DNA from: an uncultured Hyphomicrobiales bacterium
GTDB lineage: Bacteria > Pseudomonadota > Alphaproteobacteria > Reyranellales > JAQSWP01
Assembly (NCBI GenBank): GCA_964388115.1
Contig: CAYLYK010000002.1
Location: 133,362 to 197,361, forward strand
Reading direction: 5' to 3'
Length of the DNA: 64,000 nucleotides
The number at the start of each line of letters is the position of its first letter. The first letter of the stretch is position 1. The translations under genes were made by a program, and so were the position numbers. The notes under the pieces are model-generated. The model did no database searches. It was not told where the DNA came from and was given only the letters and a program-made list of their open reading frames with translations. Of the stretch, positions 54,212-64,000 are shown piece after piece.

Positions 54212-56613
54212 AGTTCACCCTGTCCTGGCTGAAAGAGCATCTCGACACTTCGGCCGACCTCGATGCTATCGCGAAAACGATGACGATGCTGGGGCTGGAG
54301 GTCGAAGGCATCGTCGATCCGGCCAAGAACCTGCAGCCCTTCACCGTGGCGCATGTGATCTCGGCCGAACAGCATCCCGACGCCGACCGTCTGCGCGTGT
54401 GCAAGGTCGATACCGGCAAGGAAATCCTGCAGGTCGTCTGCGGTGCGCCCAACGCGCGCACCGGCATGAAGGGCGTGTTCGCGCCCGTCGGGACGACAAT
54501 TCCCGCCACCGGCCTGTTGCTGAAGCCCAGCAAGATCCGCGGCCAGGACAGCAACGGCATGCTGTGCTCGGCGCGCGAGCTGCAGCTTGGCGAAGACCAT
54601 GACGGCATCATCGACCTGCCGGCCGATGCGCCGGTGGGCGCGCCGATCGCGCAAGTGCTGGGCCTCAACGATCAGGTCATCGAGATCAAGATCACGCCCA
54701 ATCGCGGCGACTGCCTGGGCGTGCGCGGCATCGCGCGCGATCTGGCGGCGGCGGGGCTTGGCACGTTGAAGCCCGAGCCTGCGACCAAAGCCGGCGCTAC
54801 GTTCAAGAGCCCGATCGCCTGGAAGCGCAGCTTCGATGCCGAGTACGAACGTGCCTGCCCGATCGTGGCCGGCCGCTATTTCAAGGGCCTGAAGAACGGG
54901 CCCAGCCCCGACTGGCTGCAGAACCGGTTGAAGGCCATCGGCCTGCGGCCGATCTCGGCGCTGGTCGACGTCACCAATTTCTTCACCTTCGATCTGAACC
55001 GTCCGCTGCACGTGTTCGACGCCGGCAAGCTCAAGGGCGATCTGGTCATGCGCATGGCTAAATCCGGCGAGCAGATCCTGGCGCTGGACGGCAAGACCTA
55101 CGAACTCGATGGCGAGATGACCGTCATCGCCGACGACAACGGTGTGAAGGCCATCGGCGGCATTATGGGCGGCGAGGAATCGGGTTGTTCCGACCAGACA
55201 ACCGAGATGTTCCTGGAAGCGGCCTATTTCGATCCCATCCGCACGGCGACCACGGGCCGCAAGCTCGGTATCCAATCCGACGCGCGCTATCGCTTCGAGC
55301 GCGGCATCGATCCGCAGGCTTGCGTCTCCGGCGTCGAGGCCGCGACACGGTTGATCCTGGAGCTTTGCGGCGGCGAGGCCAGCGACATCGTGCAGGCCGG
55401 CGCCGTGCCCGCCGACGATCGCGCCTATGAGCTGCGCCTGTCGCGCATTCCAGGCCTGGCCGGCTTCGACGTCGACAGCGCAGAGAGCAAGCGCATTTTG
55501 CAGGGCCTGGGCTTTGCGGTTTCCGGCAGCGGCGCGACCTGGCAGGTCAAGCCGCCGTCCTGGCGTCCCGACATTATCGGCGAGGCCGATCTGGTCGAGG
55601 AGATCGTGCGCGTGCACGGCTATGATTCCATTCCTTCCGTGCCGATGCCGCGCATGGTTGCAGTCACCACGCCAGCCCGCACCGTGCAGCAGCGCCGGCC
55701 GGGCACCGTGCGTCGCACGCTGGCTGCCCGCGGCCTGACTGAGGCAGTGACCTGGTCGTTCATGGCCGGCAAGGACGCCGCCCTGTTCGTAACGGAAGAT
55801 CCGGCCATGCGGCTGGCCAACCCGATGTCGGCCGATCTCGACGTCATGCGGGCCACCATCATTCCCAATTTGCTCGACGCGGCTGCCCGCAACATTGCGC
55901 GCGGCATGCGGGATCTGGCGCTGTTCGAGGTCGGGCCGCAATATGCCGGCAACAAGCCGACGGATCAGCAGACCGTCGCTGCCGGCATTCGCTCGGGCCT
56001 CGCCGAAGGCAAGCATTGGGCAGCGCCGGCCCGTGCAGTCGATGCGTTCGATGCCAAGGCCGATATCCAGGCCGCGATTGGCGCGCTGGGCATGGACCCG
56101 GAGCAGCCGCAGGTCAGCGCCGACGGCGCACCGTCATGGTATCATCCCGGCCGCTCGGGCGTTTTGCGACTGGGCCCGCAGATCATCGGCGCGTTCGGTG
56201 AAATCCATCCCTCGATCCTGGCGCATTACAGGATCGAGCAGCCCACCGCGGGCTTCGAGCTGTTCATCGACCGCGTGCCGGTGCCTAAGAGCAAGGGCGG
56301 CAAGACGCGGCCGCCGCTGAAGCTTCTGCCGCTGCAGCCGATCGAGCGCGATTTCGCCTTCGTGGTGGCGCAGGAGATTCCGGCCGAGGCGCTGGTCAAG
56401 GCGGCCAGGGCGGCCGAGCGCACGCTGGTGGCGCGCGTTTCGGTGTTCGACGTCTATGCCGGCAAGGGCGTGGAGCCGGGCAAGAAATCGCTGGCGCTGT
56501 CGGTGACCATTCAGCCGATCGAGAAGACATTGACGGAAGCGGAGATCGACGCCATCGCCGCCAGGATCGTCGCCAACGTCGCCAAGGCGACTGGCGCGTC
56601 CTTGCGCGGCTGA
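54208..56613 (+). CDS. pheT: Phenylalanine--tRNA ligase beta subunit
   Basis: [36 protein letters not shown]. Confidence 0.98.
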   Translation: MKFTLSWLKEHLDTSADLDAIAKTMTMLGLEVEGIVDPAKNLQPFTVAHVISAEQHPDADRLRVCKVDTGKEILQVVCGAPNARTGMKGVFAPVGTTIPATGLLLKPSKIRGQDSNGMLCSARELQLGEDHDGIIDLPADAPVGAPIAQVLGLNDQVIEIKITPNRGDCLGVRGIARDLAAAGLGTLKPEPATKAGATFKSPIAWKRSFDAEYERACPIVAGRYFKGLKNGPSPDWLQNRLKAIGLRPISALVDVTNFFTFDLNRPLHVFDAGKLKGDLVMRMAKSGEQILALDGKTYELDGEMTVIADDNGVKAIGGIMGGEESGCSDQTTEMFLEAAYFDPIRTATTGRKLGIQSDARYRFERGIDPQACVSGVEAATRLILELCGGEASDIVQAGAVPADDRAYELRLSRIPGLAGFDVDSAESKRILQGLGFAVSGSGATWQVKPPSWRPDIIGEADLVEEIVRVHGYDSIPSVPMPRMVAVTTPARTVQQRRPGTVRRTLAARGLTEAVTWSFMAGKDAALFVTEDPAMRLANPMSADLDVMRATIIPNLLDAAARNIARGMRDLALFEVGPQYAGNKPTDQQTVAAGIRSGLAEGKHWAAPARAVDAFDAKADIQAAIGALGMDPEQPQVSADGAPSWYHPGRSGVLRLGPQIIGAFGEIHPSILAHYRIEQPTAGFELFIDRVPVPKSKGGKTRPPLKLLPLQPIERDFAFVVAQEIPAEALVKAARAAERTLVARVSVFDVYAGKGVEPGKKSLALSVTIQPIEKTLTEAEIDAIAARIVANVAKATGASLRG

Positions 56614-56635
56614 CAGGATCGGATTAGCAGCAGAC

Positions 56636-58438
56636 ATGTTCGACCAGAACCTCATCCGCAATTTCTCGATCATCGCCCATATCGACCATGGCAAATCGAC
56701 CCTGGCCGACCGGCTGATCGAGCGTTGCGGCGGGCTGACCCAGCGCGAGCTGCAGGAGCAGGTGCTCGACAGCATGGATATCGAGCGCGAACGCGGCATC
56801 ACCATCAAGGCGCAGACCGTGCGCCTGCTCTACCCGGCCAAGGACGGCAAGACCTATTCGTTGAACCTGATGGACACGCCGGGCCATGTCGACTTCGCCT
56901 ATGAGGTCAGCCGCTCGCTGGCGGCATGCGAAGGCTCGCTGCTGGTGGTCGATGCGAGCCAGGGCGTCGAGGCGCAGACTTTGGCCAATGCGTACCAGGC
57001 CATCGACAACAACCACGACATCATCCCGGTCCTGAACAAGATCGACCTGCCCGCCGCCGAGCCCGAGCGCGTGCGCAAGGAAATCGAGGACGTGATCGGG
57101 CTCGACGCGTCGGATGCGGTGATGTGCTCGGCCAAGAGCGGCATCGGCATCGACGACGTGCTGGAAGCGATCGTCAATCGCATCCCCGCTCCCACCGGCG
57201 ACCGCAATGCGCCGCTCAAGGCGCTGCTGATCGACAGCTGGTACGATTCCTATCTCGGCGTCGTAGTGCTGGTGCGCATCAAGGACGGCGTGCTCAAGCG
57301 CAACCAGAAGATCCGCATGATGGCGGCAGGCGCTTCGCACATCATCGACAAGGTCGGCATCTTCACGCCCAAGCGGCTGGACGTCGACGAGCTAGGCCCG
57401 GGCGAAGTGGGCTTCATCGTCGCCGGCATCAAGACGATTTCCGACTGCAAAGTCGGCGACACCATCACCGACGACAAGGCGCCGGCGCCGGTCGCGCTGC
57501 CGGGCTTCAAGAAATCCATTCCGGTAGTGTTCTGCGGCCTGTTCCCGGTCGACGCCGCCGATTTCGAGCAGCTGCGCGATTCATTGGCCAAGCTGAAGCT
57601 CAACGACGCCAGTTTCGAGTACGAGCCGGAATCCTCGGCCGCTCTCGGTTTCGGCTTTCGCTGCGGGTTCCTCGGGCTGCTGCATCTTGAGATCATCCAG
57701 GAGCGGCTGGAGCGCGAATACGATCTCGACCTGATCACCACCGCGCCATCGGTGATCTACAAGGTGCTGATGAGCGATGGCGAGCAGATCGAACTGCATA
57801 ATCCGGCCGACATGCCCGATCCCAGCAAGATCGAGCGTATCGACGAGCCGTGGATCCGCGCCACCATCATGGTGCCCGACACCTATCTCGGCGCCATTCT
57901 GGCGCTGTGCCAGGAGCGCCGCGGCGTGCAGGTGGAACTGACCTATGCCGGCCAGCGCGCCATGGTGGTCTATCGCTTGCCGCTGAACGAAGTGGTCTAC
58001 GATTTCTACGACCGCCTGAAATCGGCGACGCGCGGCTATGCCAGCTTCGACTACGAGATCGAATCGTACCAGGAGGGCGATCTGGTCAAGGTCTCGATCC
58101 TGGTCAACGGCGAGCCGGTCGATGCGCTGTCGATCATCGTCCACCGCAACCACGCCGAACATCGCGGCCGCATATTGTGCGAGCGCTTGAAGGAGCTGAT
58201 CCCCAAGCAACTCTTCAAGATCGCCATCCAGGCCGCGATCGGCAGCCGCGTGATCGCGCGCGAGACCATCTCAGCCATGCGCAAGGACGTGTTGGCCAAG
58301 TGCTATGGCGGCGACATCAGCCGCAAGCGCAAGCTTCTGGACAAGCAGAAGAAGGGCAAGAAGCGCATGCGCCAGGTCGGCAACGTCGAGATCCCGCAAT
58401 CGGCCTTCCTCGCTGCGCTCAAGACCGGGGGCGACTAG
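56636..58438 (+). CDS. lepA: Elongation factor 4
   Basis: [35 protein letters not shown]. Confidence 0.98.
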   Translation: MFDQNLIRNFSIIAHIDHGKSTLADRLIERCGGLTQRELQEQVLDSMDIERERGITIKAQTVRLLYPAKDGKTYSLNLMDTPGHVDFAYEVSRSLAACEGSLLVVDASQGVEAQTLANAYQAIDNNHDIIPVLNKIDLPAAEPERVRKEIEDVIGLDASDAVMCSAKSGIGIDDVLEAIVNRIPAPTGDRNAPLKALLIDSWYDSYLGVVVLVRIKDGVLKRNQKIRMMAAGASHIIDKVGIFTPKRLDVDELGPGEVGFIVAGIKTISDCKVGDTITDDKAPAPVALPGFKKSIPVVFCGLFPVDAADFEQLRDSLAKLKLNDASFEYEPESSAALGFGFRCGFLGLLHLEIIQERLEREYDLDLITTAPSVIYKVLMSDGEQIELHNPADMPDPSKIERIDEPWIRATIMVPDTYLGAILALCQERRGVQVELTYAGQRAMVVYRLPLNEVVYDFYDRLKSATRGYASFDYEIESYQEGDLVKVSILVNGEPVDALSIIVHRNHAEHRGRILCERLKELIPKQLFKIAIQAAIGSRVIARETISAMRKDVLAKCYGGDISRKRKLLDKQKKGKKRMRQVGNVEIPQSAFLAALKTGGD

Positions 58439-58471
58439 AGAAAAGCCCGTAAATACAGGCTCAAAGCCGAA

Positions 58472-58500
58472 TTGAATAAGCGGTGTCGCTGGTCTAGATT
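58472..58500 (+). promoter_or_regulatory. Putative sigma70 promoter of tRNA-Ser
   Basis: TTGAAT-N17-TAGATT. Confidence 0.6.
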
Positions 58501-58513
58501 GCGCGCCGCTAAC

Positions 58514-58604
58514 GGAGGGGTGGCCGAGCGGTTGAAGGCGCACGCCTGGAAAGTGTGTATGGTCTAAAAAGCCATCGCGGGTTCGAATCCCGCTCCCTCC
58601 GCCA
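58514..58604 (+). tRNA. tRNA-Ser(GGA)
   Basis: 91 nt; stem CACGC/GTGTG with loop CT-GGA-AA; long variable arm; G discriminator plus CCA. Confidence 0.96.
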
Positions 58605-58646
58605 ACAAATAAGGGCCCCCAAACGGGGCCCTTATTTGTTGGCGGA
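58598..58646. repeat. 22-bp perfect inverted repeat overlapping the tRNA-Ser 3' end
   Basis: tccgccaacaaataagggcccc-caaac-ggggcccttatttgttggcgga. Confidence 0.9.
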
Positions 58647-58768
58647 TGGCGTGAGGTGAACGAACCCACGTTCGGGCGATGAGCAAAGCTCATCGCGACG
58701 CCGCAGGCGGTCCGAGCGCCGCGAGGATGAAAATGCGCCCAAGCGCATTTTCACAATCCCGCTCCTCG
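58647..58768. repeat. tRNA-associated palindromic element ending in a partial copy of the tRNA 3' end
   Basis: Hairpins 58676-58696 (9 bp) and 58729-58752 (10 bp); AATCCCGCTCC at 58755-58765 equals tRNA 58586-58596; direct repeat copy 1 at 58746-58768. Confidence 0.75.
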
Positions 58769-58867
58769 GAAGAAAACTCGTAACGCCGTCCGCATTCGCA
58801 TTTCTTGCTGTTGAAATAGAGCTTGGGATGCAATGACAAATGGCTGCCTTGCCAGTAGCCTGGAGCA

Positions 58868-59704
58868 ATGTCGACCAATCCATGGACGGATGCGGAGAAC
58901 GATCTGATCGTCGCGGATTATTTCGCGATGCTCGCGGACGACATCGCCGGACGCCCATACACGAAGGCGAAGCATCGACAGGCCCTTCTCCCGCTACTTA
59001 ACAACCGCTCAGACGGATCCGTCGAGTTCAAGCATCAGAACATCAGCGCGGTCCTGAAGGGACTTGGCGAGGATTGGATACCCGGCTACAGGCCAGCATT
59101 CAATTTCCAGATGTCGCTCGTCGACGCTGTGGTCCGATGGCTGACCCGGAACCCGACATGGTTCGCCCGATTGCCGAATTTCGGTCCGACGACCGGTCTT
59201 CAAGAAGCGGCGCCAATCTGGATTGGCCCCCCGCCCACTTTGTCGAACCAACCGCCACCACAGGAACTGGAGCAGATGCTACACATCGCCCGCAAGTTCG
59301 ATGTTGCCGGCCGGGATGAACAGAACCGTGCGCTCGGGCGCGCCGGCGAAGAGCATGTACTGGCCCATGAGCGAGCGTCGTTGCGATCGGCGGGGCGCGA
59401 CGACCTGGCTCGCAAAGTGCGTTGGGTATCTGACGAGGATGGAGATGGGGCTGGCTACGACATCGCCAGTTTCAGGCCAGATGGTCAATCGCGCGCGATC
59501 GAGGTGAAGACCACCAACGGATGGGAACGGACCCCTTTCTACATTAGTCGCACTGAACTTGCGGTGGCGGACGAACGCCGATCAGAATGGTGCCTGTTCA
59601 GGCTGTGGAACTTCTCGCGCGAGCCGAGGGCTTTCGAACTTTATCCGCCCCTAGATGCCCACGTCACGCTCACAGCCACGACCTTCTTGGCTGGCTTTCA
59701 TTAA
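58868..59704 (+). CDS. DUF3883 (NOV_C) domain protein, putative PD-(D/E)xK nuclease
   Basis: N-terminal EFKHQNISAVL; C-terminal GEE, DGAGYDI.SF, IEVKTT; codon usage differs from host. Confidence 0.85.
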   Translation: MSTNPWTDAENDLIVADYFAMLADDIAGRPYTKAKHRQALLPLLNNRSDGSVEFKHQNISAVLKGLGEDWIPGYRPAFNFQMSLVDAVVRWLTRNPTWFARLPNFGPTTGLQEAAPIWIGPPPTLSNQPPPQELEQMLHIARKFDVAGRDEQNRALGRAGEEHVLAHERASLRSAGRDDLARKVRWVSDEDGDGAGYDIASFRPDGQSRAIEVKTTNGWERTPFYISRTELAVADERRSEWCLFRLWNFSREPRAFELYPPLDAHVTLTATTFLAGFH

Positions 59705-59738
59705 GGCCGTCCGAAGCGTCGATGCGACTTTGGTAACC

Positions 59739-59761
59739 CATTTTCACAATCCCGCTCCTCG
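59739..59761. repeat. 23-bp direct repeat copy 2 (CATTTTCACAATCCCGCTCCTCG)
   Basis: Exact match to 58746-58768. Confidence 0.92.
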
Positions 59762-59786
59762 AAACGAGAATTGTCTGTGTTGCCCA

Positions 59787-59810
59787 TCCTTCGACGGGCT
59801 CAGGATGAGG
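59787..59810. repeat. Single REP-like half element
   Basis: tccttcgacgggctcaggatgagg resembles the widespread CCTTCGACxxGCTCAGGATGAG intergenic repeat family (recalled); no partner in window. Confidence 0.45.
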
Positions 59811-59896
59811 ATTGTTGGTTACAACCGCCCCTTGAGCAAATTCAACCGCGCTCTAAACTCTTCTCTCCAGTTTCGCACCCGAGGAGCACACTCCAA

Positions 59897-61144
59897 GTGA
59901 CCCGCATGCAATTCGGCGCCTTCCTGGCGCCGCATCATCCCGTCGGCGAGAATCCGGCGCTGCAGTTCCGGCGCGATCTCGACTTCGTCGCCCATCTCGA
60001 CCGGCTGGGCTATGACGAGTTCTGGTGCGGGGAGCATCATTCGTCGGGCTGGGAGATGATCGCCAGTCCCGAGCTGTTCCTGGCGGCGGCGGGCGAGAAC
60101 ACCAAGCGCATCCGGCTCGGCACCGGCGTGGTGTCCCTGCCCTATCACCATCCCTTCACCGTGGCGCAGCGCATCGTGCAGCTCGACTGGATGACCGGCG
60201 GGCGGGCGATGTTCGGCACCGGGCCGGGCGCGCTGCCGTCCGATGCGCGCATGTTCGGCATCGACCAGACCCTGCTGCGCGACCGGCAGGACGAGGCGCT
60301 GGGCGTCATCGTGCGGCTGCTCAAGGGCGAGCGGCTGACCTATCGCGGCGAGTGGTTCCAGATCAACGACGGGCAACTGCAACTGCTGCCGCTGCAGGAG
60401 AAGATGCCGATGACGGCGGCGTCCTCGATCAGCCCGTCGGGCATGAAGCTCGCCGGCAAATACGGCATGGGCGCGCTGTCGATTGCGTCCACCTCGCTGG
60501 ACGGGCTTCAGGCGTTGCCGCTGCAATGGTCGTTCGCCGAGCAGGCGGCCAAGGAGCATGGCAAGACGGTCGACCGGCGCGACTGGCGGGTGCTGATCTC
60601 CTTCCATCTCGCGGAATCGAAAAAGCAGGCGCAGGAGCAGGCGGTCGACGGGCTGCAGCTGTGGCACAACGAGTATATCGTGCGCGTGCTGGCCCGCACC
60701 GGCGCGGTGAAGGTCGAGGACAAATGGGCGCTGCTCAACCAGCTCTCCGATTTCGGCAATGGCGGCTCGGCGGTGATCGGCACGCCGGACGAGATGGTGA
60801 AGGCGGTGCGCGAATTGCAGCGCATCACCGGCGGCTTCGGCGTGGTGCTGGGCTTCGTGCACGACTGGGCCAACCGCGAGAACACGCTGCGCTCGTGGGA
60901 CCTGTTCGCGCGCTACGTCATGCCGGAGCTGAACGGCACCACCGCCAATTTGAAAGCCTCGGCCGATTACGTCGCCGGCCATAGCGACGAGCTTGCCGCT
61001 GGCCGCAGCCAGTCGATCCTCAAAGCGGTGCAGGGCGACAAGCGGGCGGAGAAGGCGCTGCAGGAAACCATGCAGCAGATGGCGTCCGGCGCGGCGCAGG
61101 CCTGGCGACCGGGCGATCTGCCCAAGGATCTGGCCAAGAAGTGA
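59897..61144 (+). CDS. Luciferase-like (LLM class) flavin monooxygenase
   Basis: FGAFLAPHH, GEHHSSGWE, RLGTGVVSLPYHHPF, GPGALPSDA; start GTG 59897 or ATG 59906. Confidence 0.9.
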   Translation: MTRMQFGAFLAPHHPVGENPALQFRRDLDFVAHLDRLGYDEFWCGEHHSSGWEMIASPELFLAAAGENTKRIRLGTGVVSLPYHHPFTVAQRIVQLDWMTGGRAMFGTGPGALPSDARMFGIDQTLLRDRQDEALGVIVRLLKGERLTYRGEWFQINDGQLQLLPLQEKMPMTAASSISPSGMKLAGKYGMGALSIASTSLDGLQALPLQWSFAEQAAKEHGKTVDRRDWRVLISFHLAESKKQAQEQAVDGLQLWHNEYIVRVLARTGAVKVEDKWALLNQLSDFGNGGSAVIGTPDEMVKAVRELQRITGGFGVVLGFVHDWANRENTLRSWDLFARYVMPELNGTTANLKASADYVAGHSDELAAGRSQSILKAVQGDKRAEKALQETMQQMASGAAQAWRPGDLPKDLAKK

Positions 61145-61509
61145 ACTACAAGCAATACAATGACTTCTGCAAGTCGCTGCCCGCGACCACCTATGTGCAG
61201 CAATGGGGCGGCGCGCATGTGTGGAAAGTGGGCGGCAAGGTCTTCGCCATCGGCGGCTGGGAGGATCGCGCCTATCCCGGCATCACCTTCAAGGTCACGC
61301 CGCTGTCCTACGACATGCTGAAGAGCCAGCCCGGCTTGCGGCCGGCGCCGTACCTGGCCTCGCGCGGCATGAAATGGATCCAGCACTACGGTAAGCCGGG
61401 ACTGAAGCTTGCGGAGCTGAAAGCCTATCTGCGCCAATCGCATAGGCTGGTGGCGCTGGGCCTGAGCAGGAAGAAGCGCGCCGAACTGGGGTTGAATTTC
61501 GACCCATAG
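61141..61509 (+). CDS. MmcQ/YjbR family protein
   Basis: VWKVGGKVFA, FKV, RPAPYLASRGMKW; GTG start overlapping the upstream stop. Confidence 0.88.
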   Translation: MNYKQYNDFCKSLPATTYVQQWGGAHVWKVGGKVFAIGGWEDRAYPGITFKVTPLSYDMLKSQPGLRPAPYLASRGMKWIQHYGKPGLKLAELKAYLRQSHRLVALGLSRKKRAELGLNFDP

Positions 61510-61557
61510 GGCCTAGCATTCTTCCGCAGCCAGCAGAGACCGGCGCCGGAGGATCCC

Positions 61558-62721
61558 ATGAGCCCAGACAATAGAGCCACCGCGATCAATTACGGCAGCG
61601 AAGAAGCCGCCATGCAGGAATACCTGCGCCAGGGCGAGAAGCGCGCCTATGCGCTGGGCAATCGCGGGCCGATCCGCTTCACCGCCGACGGCAAGATTCA
61701 TCCCGACATTCTCGACGCCTATTGGCGCACCGGGTTCTACGTTTTCGAGAACGTGCTGGGCAAGGAAGAGCTGGCCGAGATCGAGGCCGACTTCAAGAAC
61801 CTGCTCGAGCGGCTGCCGAAAGAGAAAGGCGCCGAAATCGATCGTCACGGCCGGCCGGCGCTGGGTGTCGGCCACAAGGCGCAGACGCTGTTCTGGTCAA
61901 AGCCGCTGGGCGATCCGTTCGGCGGCACCGAACTCGCCAATGGCCGCCATCCGGTGAAGATGTTCGAGCCCAAGGCCAAGGCCGACGCGCCCAAGGACAT
62001 CGTCTACCTGATCCTGGGCTCGCTGCAGTTCCTGGAGACGCAGCTGCGCGTCTACGGCCATCCCGGATTGCTGGCCGTGGCGGCAGCAGTCAACGGCGAG
62101 GACTTCACGCCCTTCAACGAGGCGCTGTTCATCAAGGAGCCCGGCCTGGGCGCGTCGGTCGCCTGGCACCAGGATGGCGTCACGCACTGGGACAGCGCGG
62201 ACTGGGACGAAGGCAGCCACGGCTTCAACTTCATGGCGCAGCTTTACGGCTGCACCGCGGCCAATGGCGTGTGGGTTGTGCCGGGCTCGCACAAGGTGCG
62301 CGGCAAATGCGACATCAAGGCCATGGTGGCGGCGGCCGGCTCAGAGCGGCTGCCCGACGCGGTGCCGATGATCTGCAAGCCCGGCGACGTGGTGATCAAC
62401 AACCGCCAGGTCGTGCACGGCTCCTTCGCCAACACCAGCAAGGACTGGCGCGTCACGCTCAACTTCGGCTTCCACCGCCGCAAATCGGTGCTGGGCGTCA
62501 ACGGCGGCGGCGTCCACAACGCTCCGGCGATCTACGACGAAGCGCGCATCCGCGAACGCGCGCGGCTCTTAGGCTATGCGATCGACGCCCGCCGCAAGCG
62601 CTTCCCCGATGAGACGCCCTATCGCTACAAGCCGCATGCGGATGCGGGGTTGAGCTATCGCTGGGATGAGACGGCGAAGGCCGGGATCAGGGATTATAAT
62701 TTGTTGGATTTGAGTATTTGA
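61558..62721 (+). CDS. Phytanoyl-CoA dioxygenase (PhyH) family Fe/2-OG enzyme
   Basis: WHQDG iron ligands, VVPGSH, KPGDV, HGSFAN, RVTLNFGFH. Confidence 0.85.
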   Translation: MSPDNRATAINYGSEEAAMQEYLRQGEKRAYALGNRGPIRFTADGKIHPDILDAYWRTGFYVFENVLGKEELAEIEADFKNLLERLPKEKGAEIDRHGRPALGVGHKAQTLFWSKPLGDPFGGTELANGRHPVKMFEPKAKADAPKDIVYLILGSLQFLETQLRVYGHPGLLAVAAAVNGEDFTPFNEALFIKEPGLGASVAWHQDGVTHWDSADWDEGSHGFNFMAQLYGCTAANGVWVVPGSHKVRGKCDIKAMVAAAGSERLPDAVPMICKPGDVVINNRQVVHGSFANTSKDWRVTLNFGFHRRKSVLGVNGGGVHNAPAIYDEARIRERARLLGYAIDARRKRFPDETPYRYKPHADAGLSYRWDETAKAGIRDYNLLDLSI

Positions 62722-62895
62722 ATAGAGCCGACGAACGCCTAGCTGGTGTTAGACGATTTTCTAAACGCACTTTGGTGTGAAACGAAATCCGCTAAACCCA
62801 CTCTCGCCATACAATAGCACTCAATCGACTTAGAGTGATGCGTAGTCTTGACTCGCGCTACACTAGGTTGAATTAGCAGTTTGAGGGGGGAGCCT

Positions 62896-64000
62896 GTGAA
62901 ATTCGACGCTATGGAAATTGAACCGATCAAAGCTGGTCAAGAGCGGTTAGCTCGAATTTTTAGCGATGATTTCGCCTTTTCTATTCCGGTTTATCAAAGG
63001 CCATATGCTTGGGAAACCGAACAAGCCCGCGAGCTTATGGACGATATAGAACGGGCACTTGAAGAGGCTGAAGAGACACGAGGACCAATAACCTATTTTT
63101 TAGGTTCAATCGTTCTTATAAAACAACCTGGCAGTCCAGACGCACAAGTTATTGACGGCCAACAACGACTGACAACATTAACTATTTTGTTGTCGATTAT
63201 TCGCGATCTTTCCGATGAAAAGACGGGAAGAAAACGGCACGCCTACATCTGTGAAGAAGGAGATCCCGACAAAGGAACGCGTGACCGCTTTCGCCTGATT
63301 CAAAGAAAGCGTGACGCAGATTTCTTTCGAAAAACTATCCAACAGTTCGAAGCAACCAAGAAACTGCCTGTTGATACAGATCTCGTCGACAGCAGACTAC
63401 GAATGGTTGAGAACGCACGCTATTTCTATGATCGACTTTCAGGAATGACGTCCGAATCTCGAGATAAATTAATGGCCTTCATGTTGCAGCGTTGCTACCT
63501 CGTTGTCATCGCTGTCACAACTGTGGAAATGGCGCATCGTGTTTTTACGGTTTTGAACGCGCGAGGTTTAGACCTAACTCCGACCGATATTCTCAAAGCT
63601 GATTTACTTGATCGGGTAACAGCTGAACAAGAACAATCGTTCGCCGAACGTTGGGAAACGCTGGAAGCATTACTTGGACGAGAAAAGTTTGTAGATCTGT
63701 TCCAACATATTCGAATGATTTACCAGCGTGATAAGCCGCGGGAACGCCTAGAGATTGGTTTCAAAAACTTTGTTACCGACTTCTCCACTCCAGAATTATT
63801 TATGGACAACGTTTTTGGTAAATTCGGAGAGGTCTTTTTACGTTTGCAATCCGATGCCGATATGGAACGGCATTATGGACTATCAGTTGCGCGACTAGTA
63901 GGTCATTTAAGACGATTGGATAATTCTGACTGGCTGCCCGCTGCTATTTTATTCCTCGCGCGTGAAGAGACTGATCAGAAGAAAGCGCAGCCATTCCTAG
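62896..64000 (+). CDS. DUF262 (GmrSD-like N-terminal) protein, 3'-truncated by window edge; absent from ORF track
   Basis: Translated manually, open frame GTG 62896 to 64000: IPVYQRPYAW, IDGQQRLTT, FTVLNARGLDLTPTDILKA; AT-rich. Confidence 0.9.
   Translation, partial: MKFDAMEIEPIKAGQERLARIFSDDFAFSIPVYQRPYAWETEQARELMDDIERALEEAEETRGPITYFLGSIVLIKQPGSPDAQVIDGQQRLTTLTILLSIIRDLSDEKTGRKRHAYICEEGDPDKGTRDRFRLIQRKRDADFFRKTIQQFEATKKLPVDTDLVDSRLRMVENARYFYDRLSGMTSESRDKLMAFMLQRCYLVVIAVTTVEMAHRVFTVLNARGLDLTPTDILKADLLDRVTAEQEQSFAERWETLEALLGREKFVDLFQHIRMIYQRDKPRERLEIGFKNFVTDFSTPELFMDNVFGKFGEVFLRLQSDADMERHYGLSVARLVGHLRRLDNSDWLPAAILFLAREETDQKKAQPFL

Overview
High-GC alphaproteobacterial chromosome segment (Rhodospirillales-like gene order; inference) made mostly of housekeeping blocks: addA(3' part)-trxA, folC-accD-trpAB-trpF-pyrF, lapA-ihfB-rpsA-cmk-aroA, tRNA-Ala-hemN, ibpA-like sHSP, ptsN-hpf-rpoN-lptBAC-kdsD-rnd, tRNA-Leu, gltDB, thrS-infC-rpmI-rplT-pheST-lepA and tRNA-Ser. 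Accessory DNA is concentrated in two places. (1) The trxA-folC junction holds four secreted-protein genes and an amidase. A PAN/MORN gene sits in a 1227-bp-period cassette bounded by a duplicated trxA 3' end plus terminator. A second gene reuses the same signal-QRSST-PAN module on an unrelated C-terminus, and two tandem paralogs share a synonymously recoded C-terminal ETPSSQR. (2) Downstream of tRNA-Ser(GGA) are a palindromic element, a DUF3883 nuclease-like gene between 23-bp direct repeats containing tRNA 3'-end sequence, and an AT-rich DUF262 (GmrSD-like) gene running off the window end. No integrase, transposase, CRISPR array or rRNA was seen. All family assignments are from motif recognition, not database searches.
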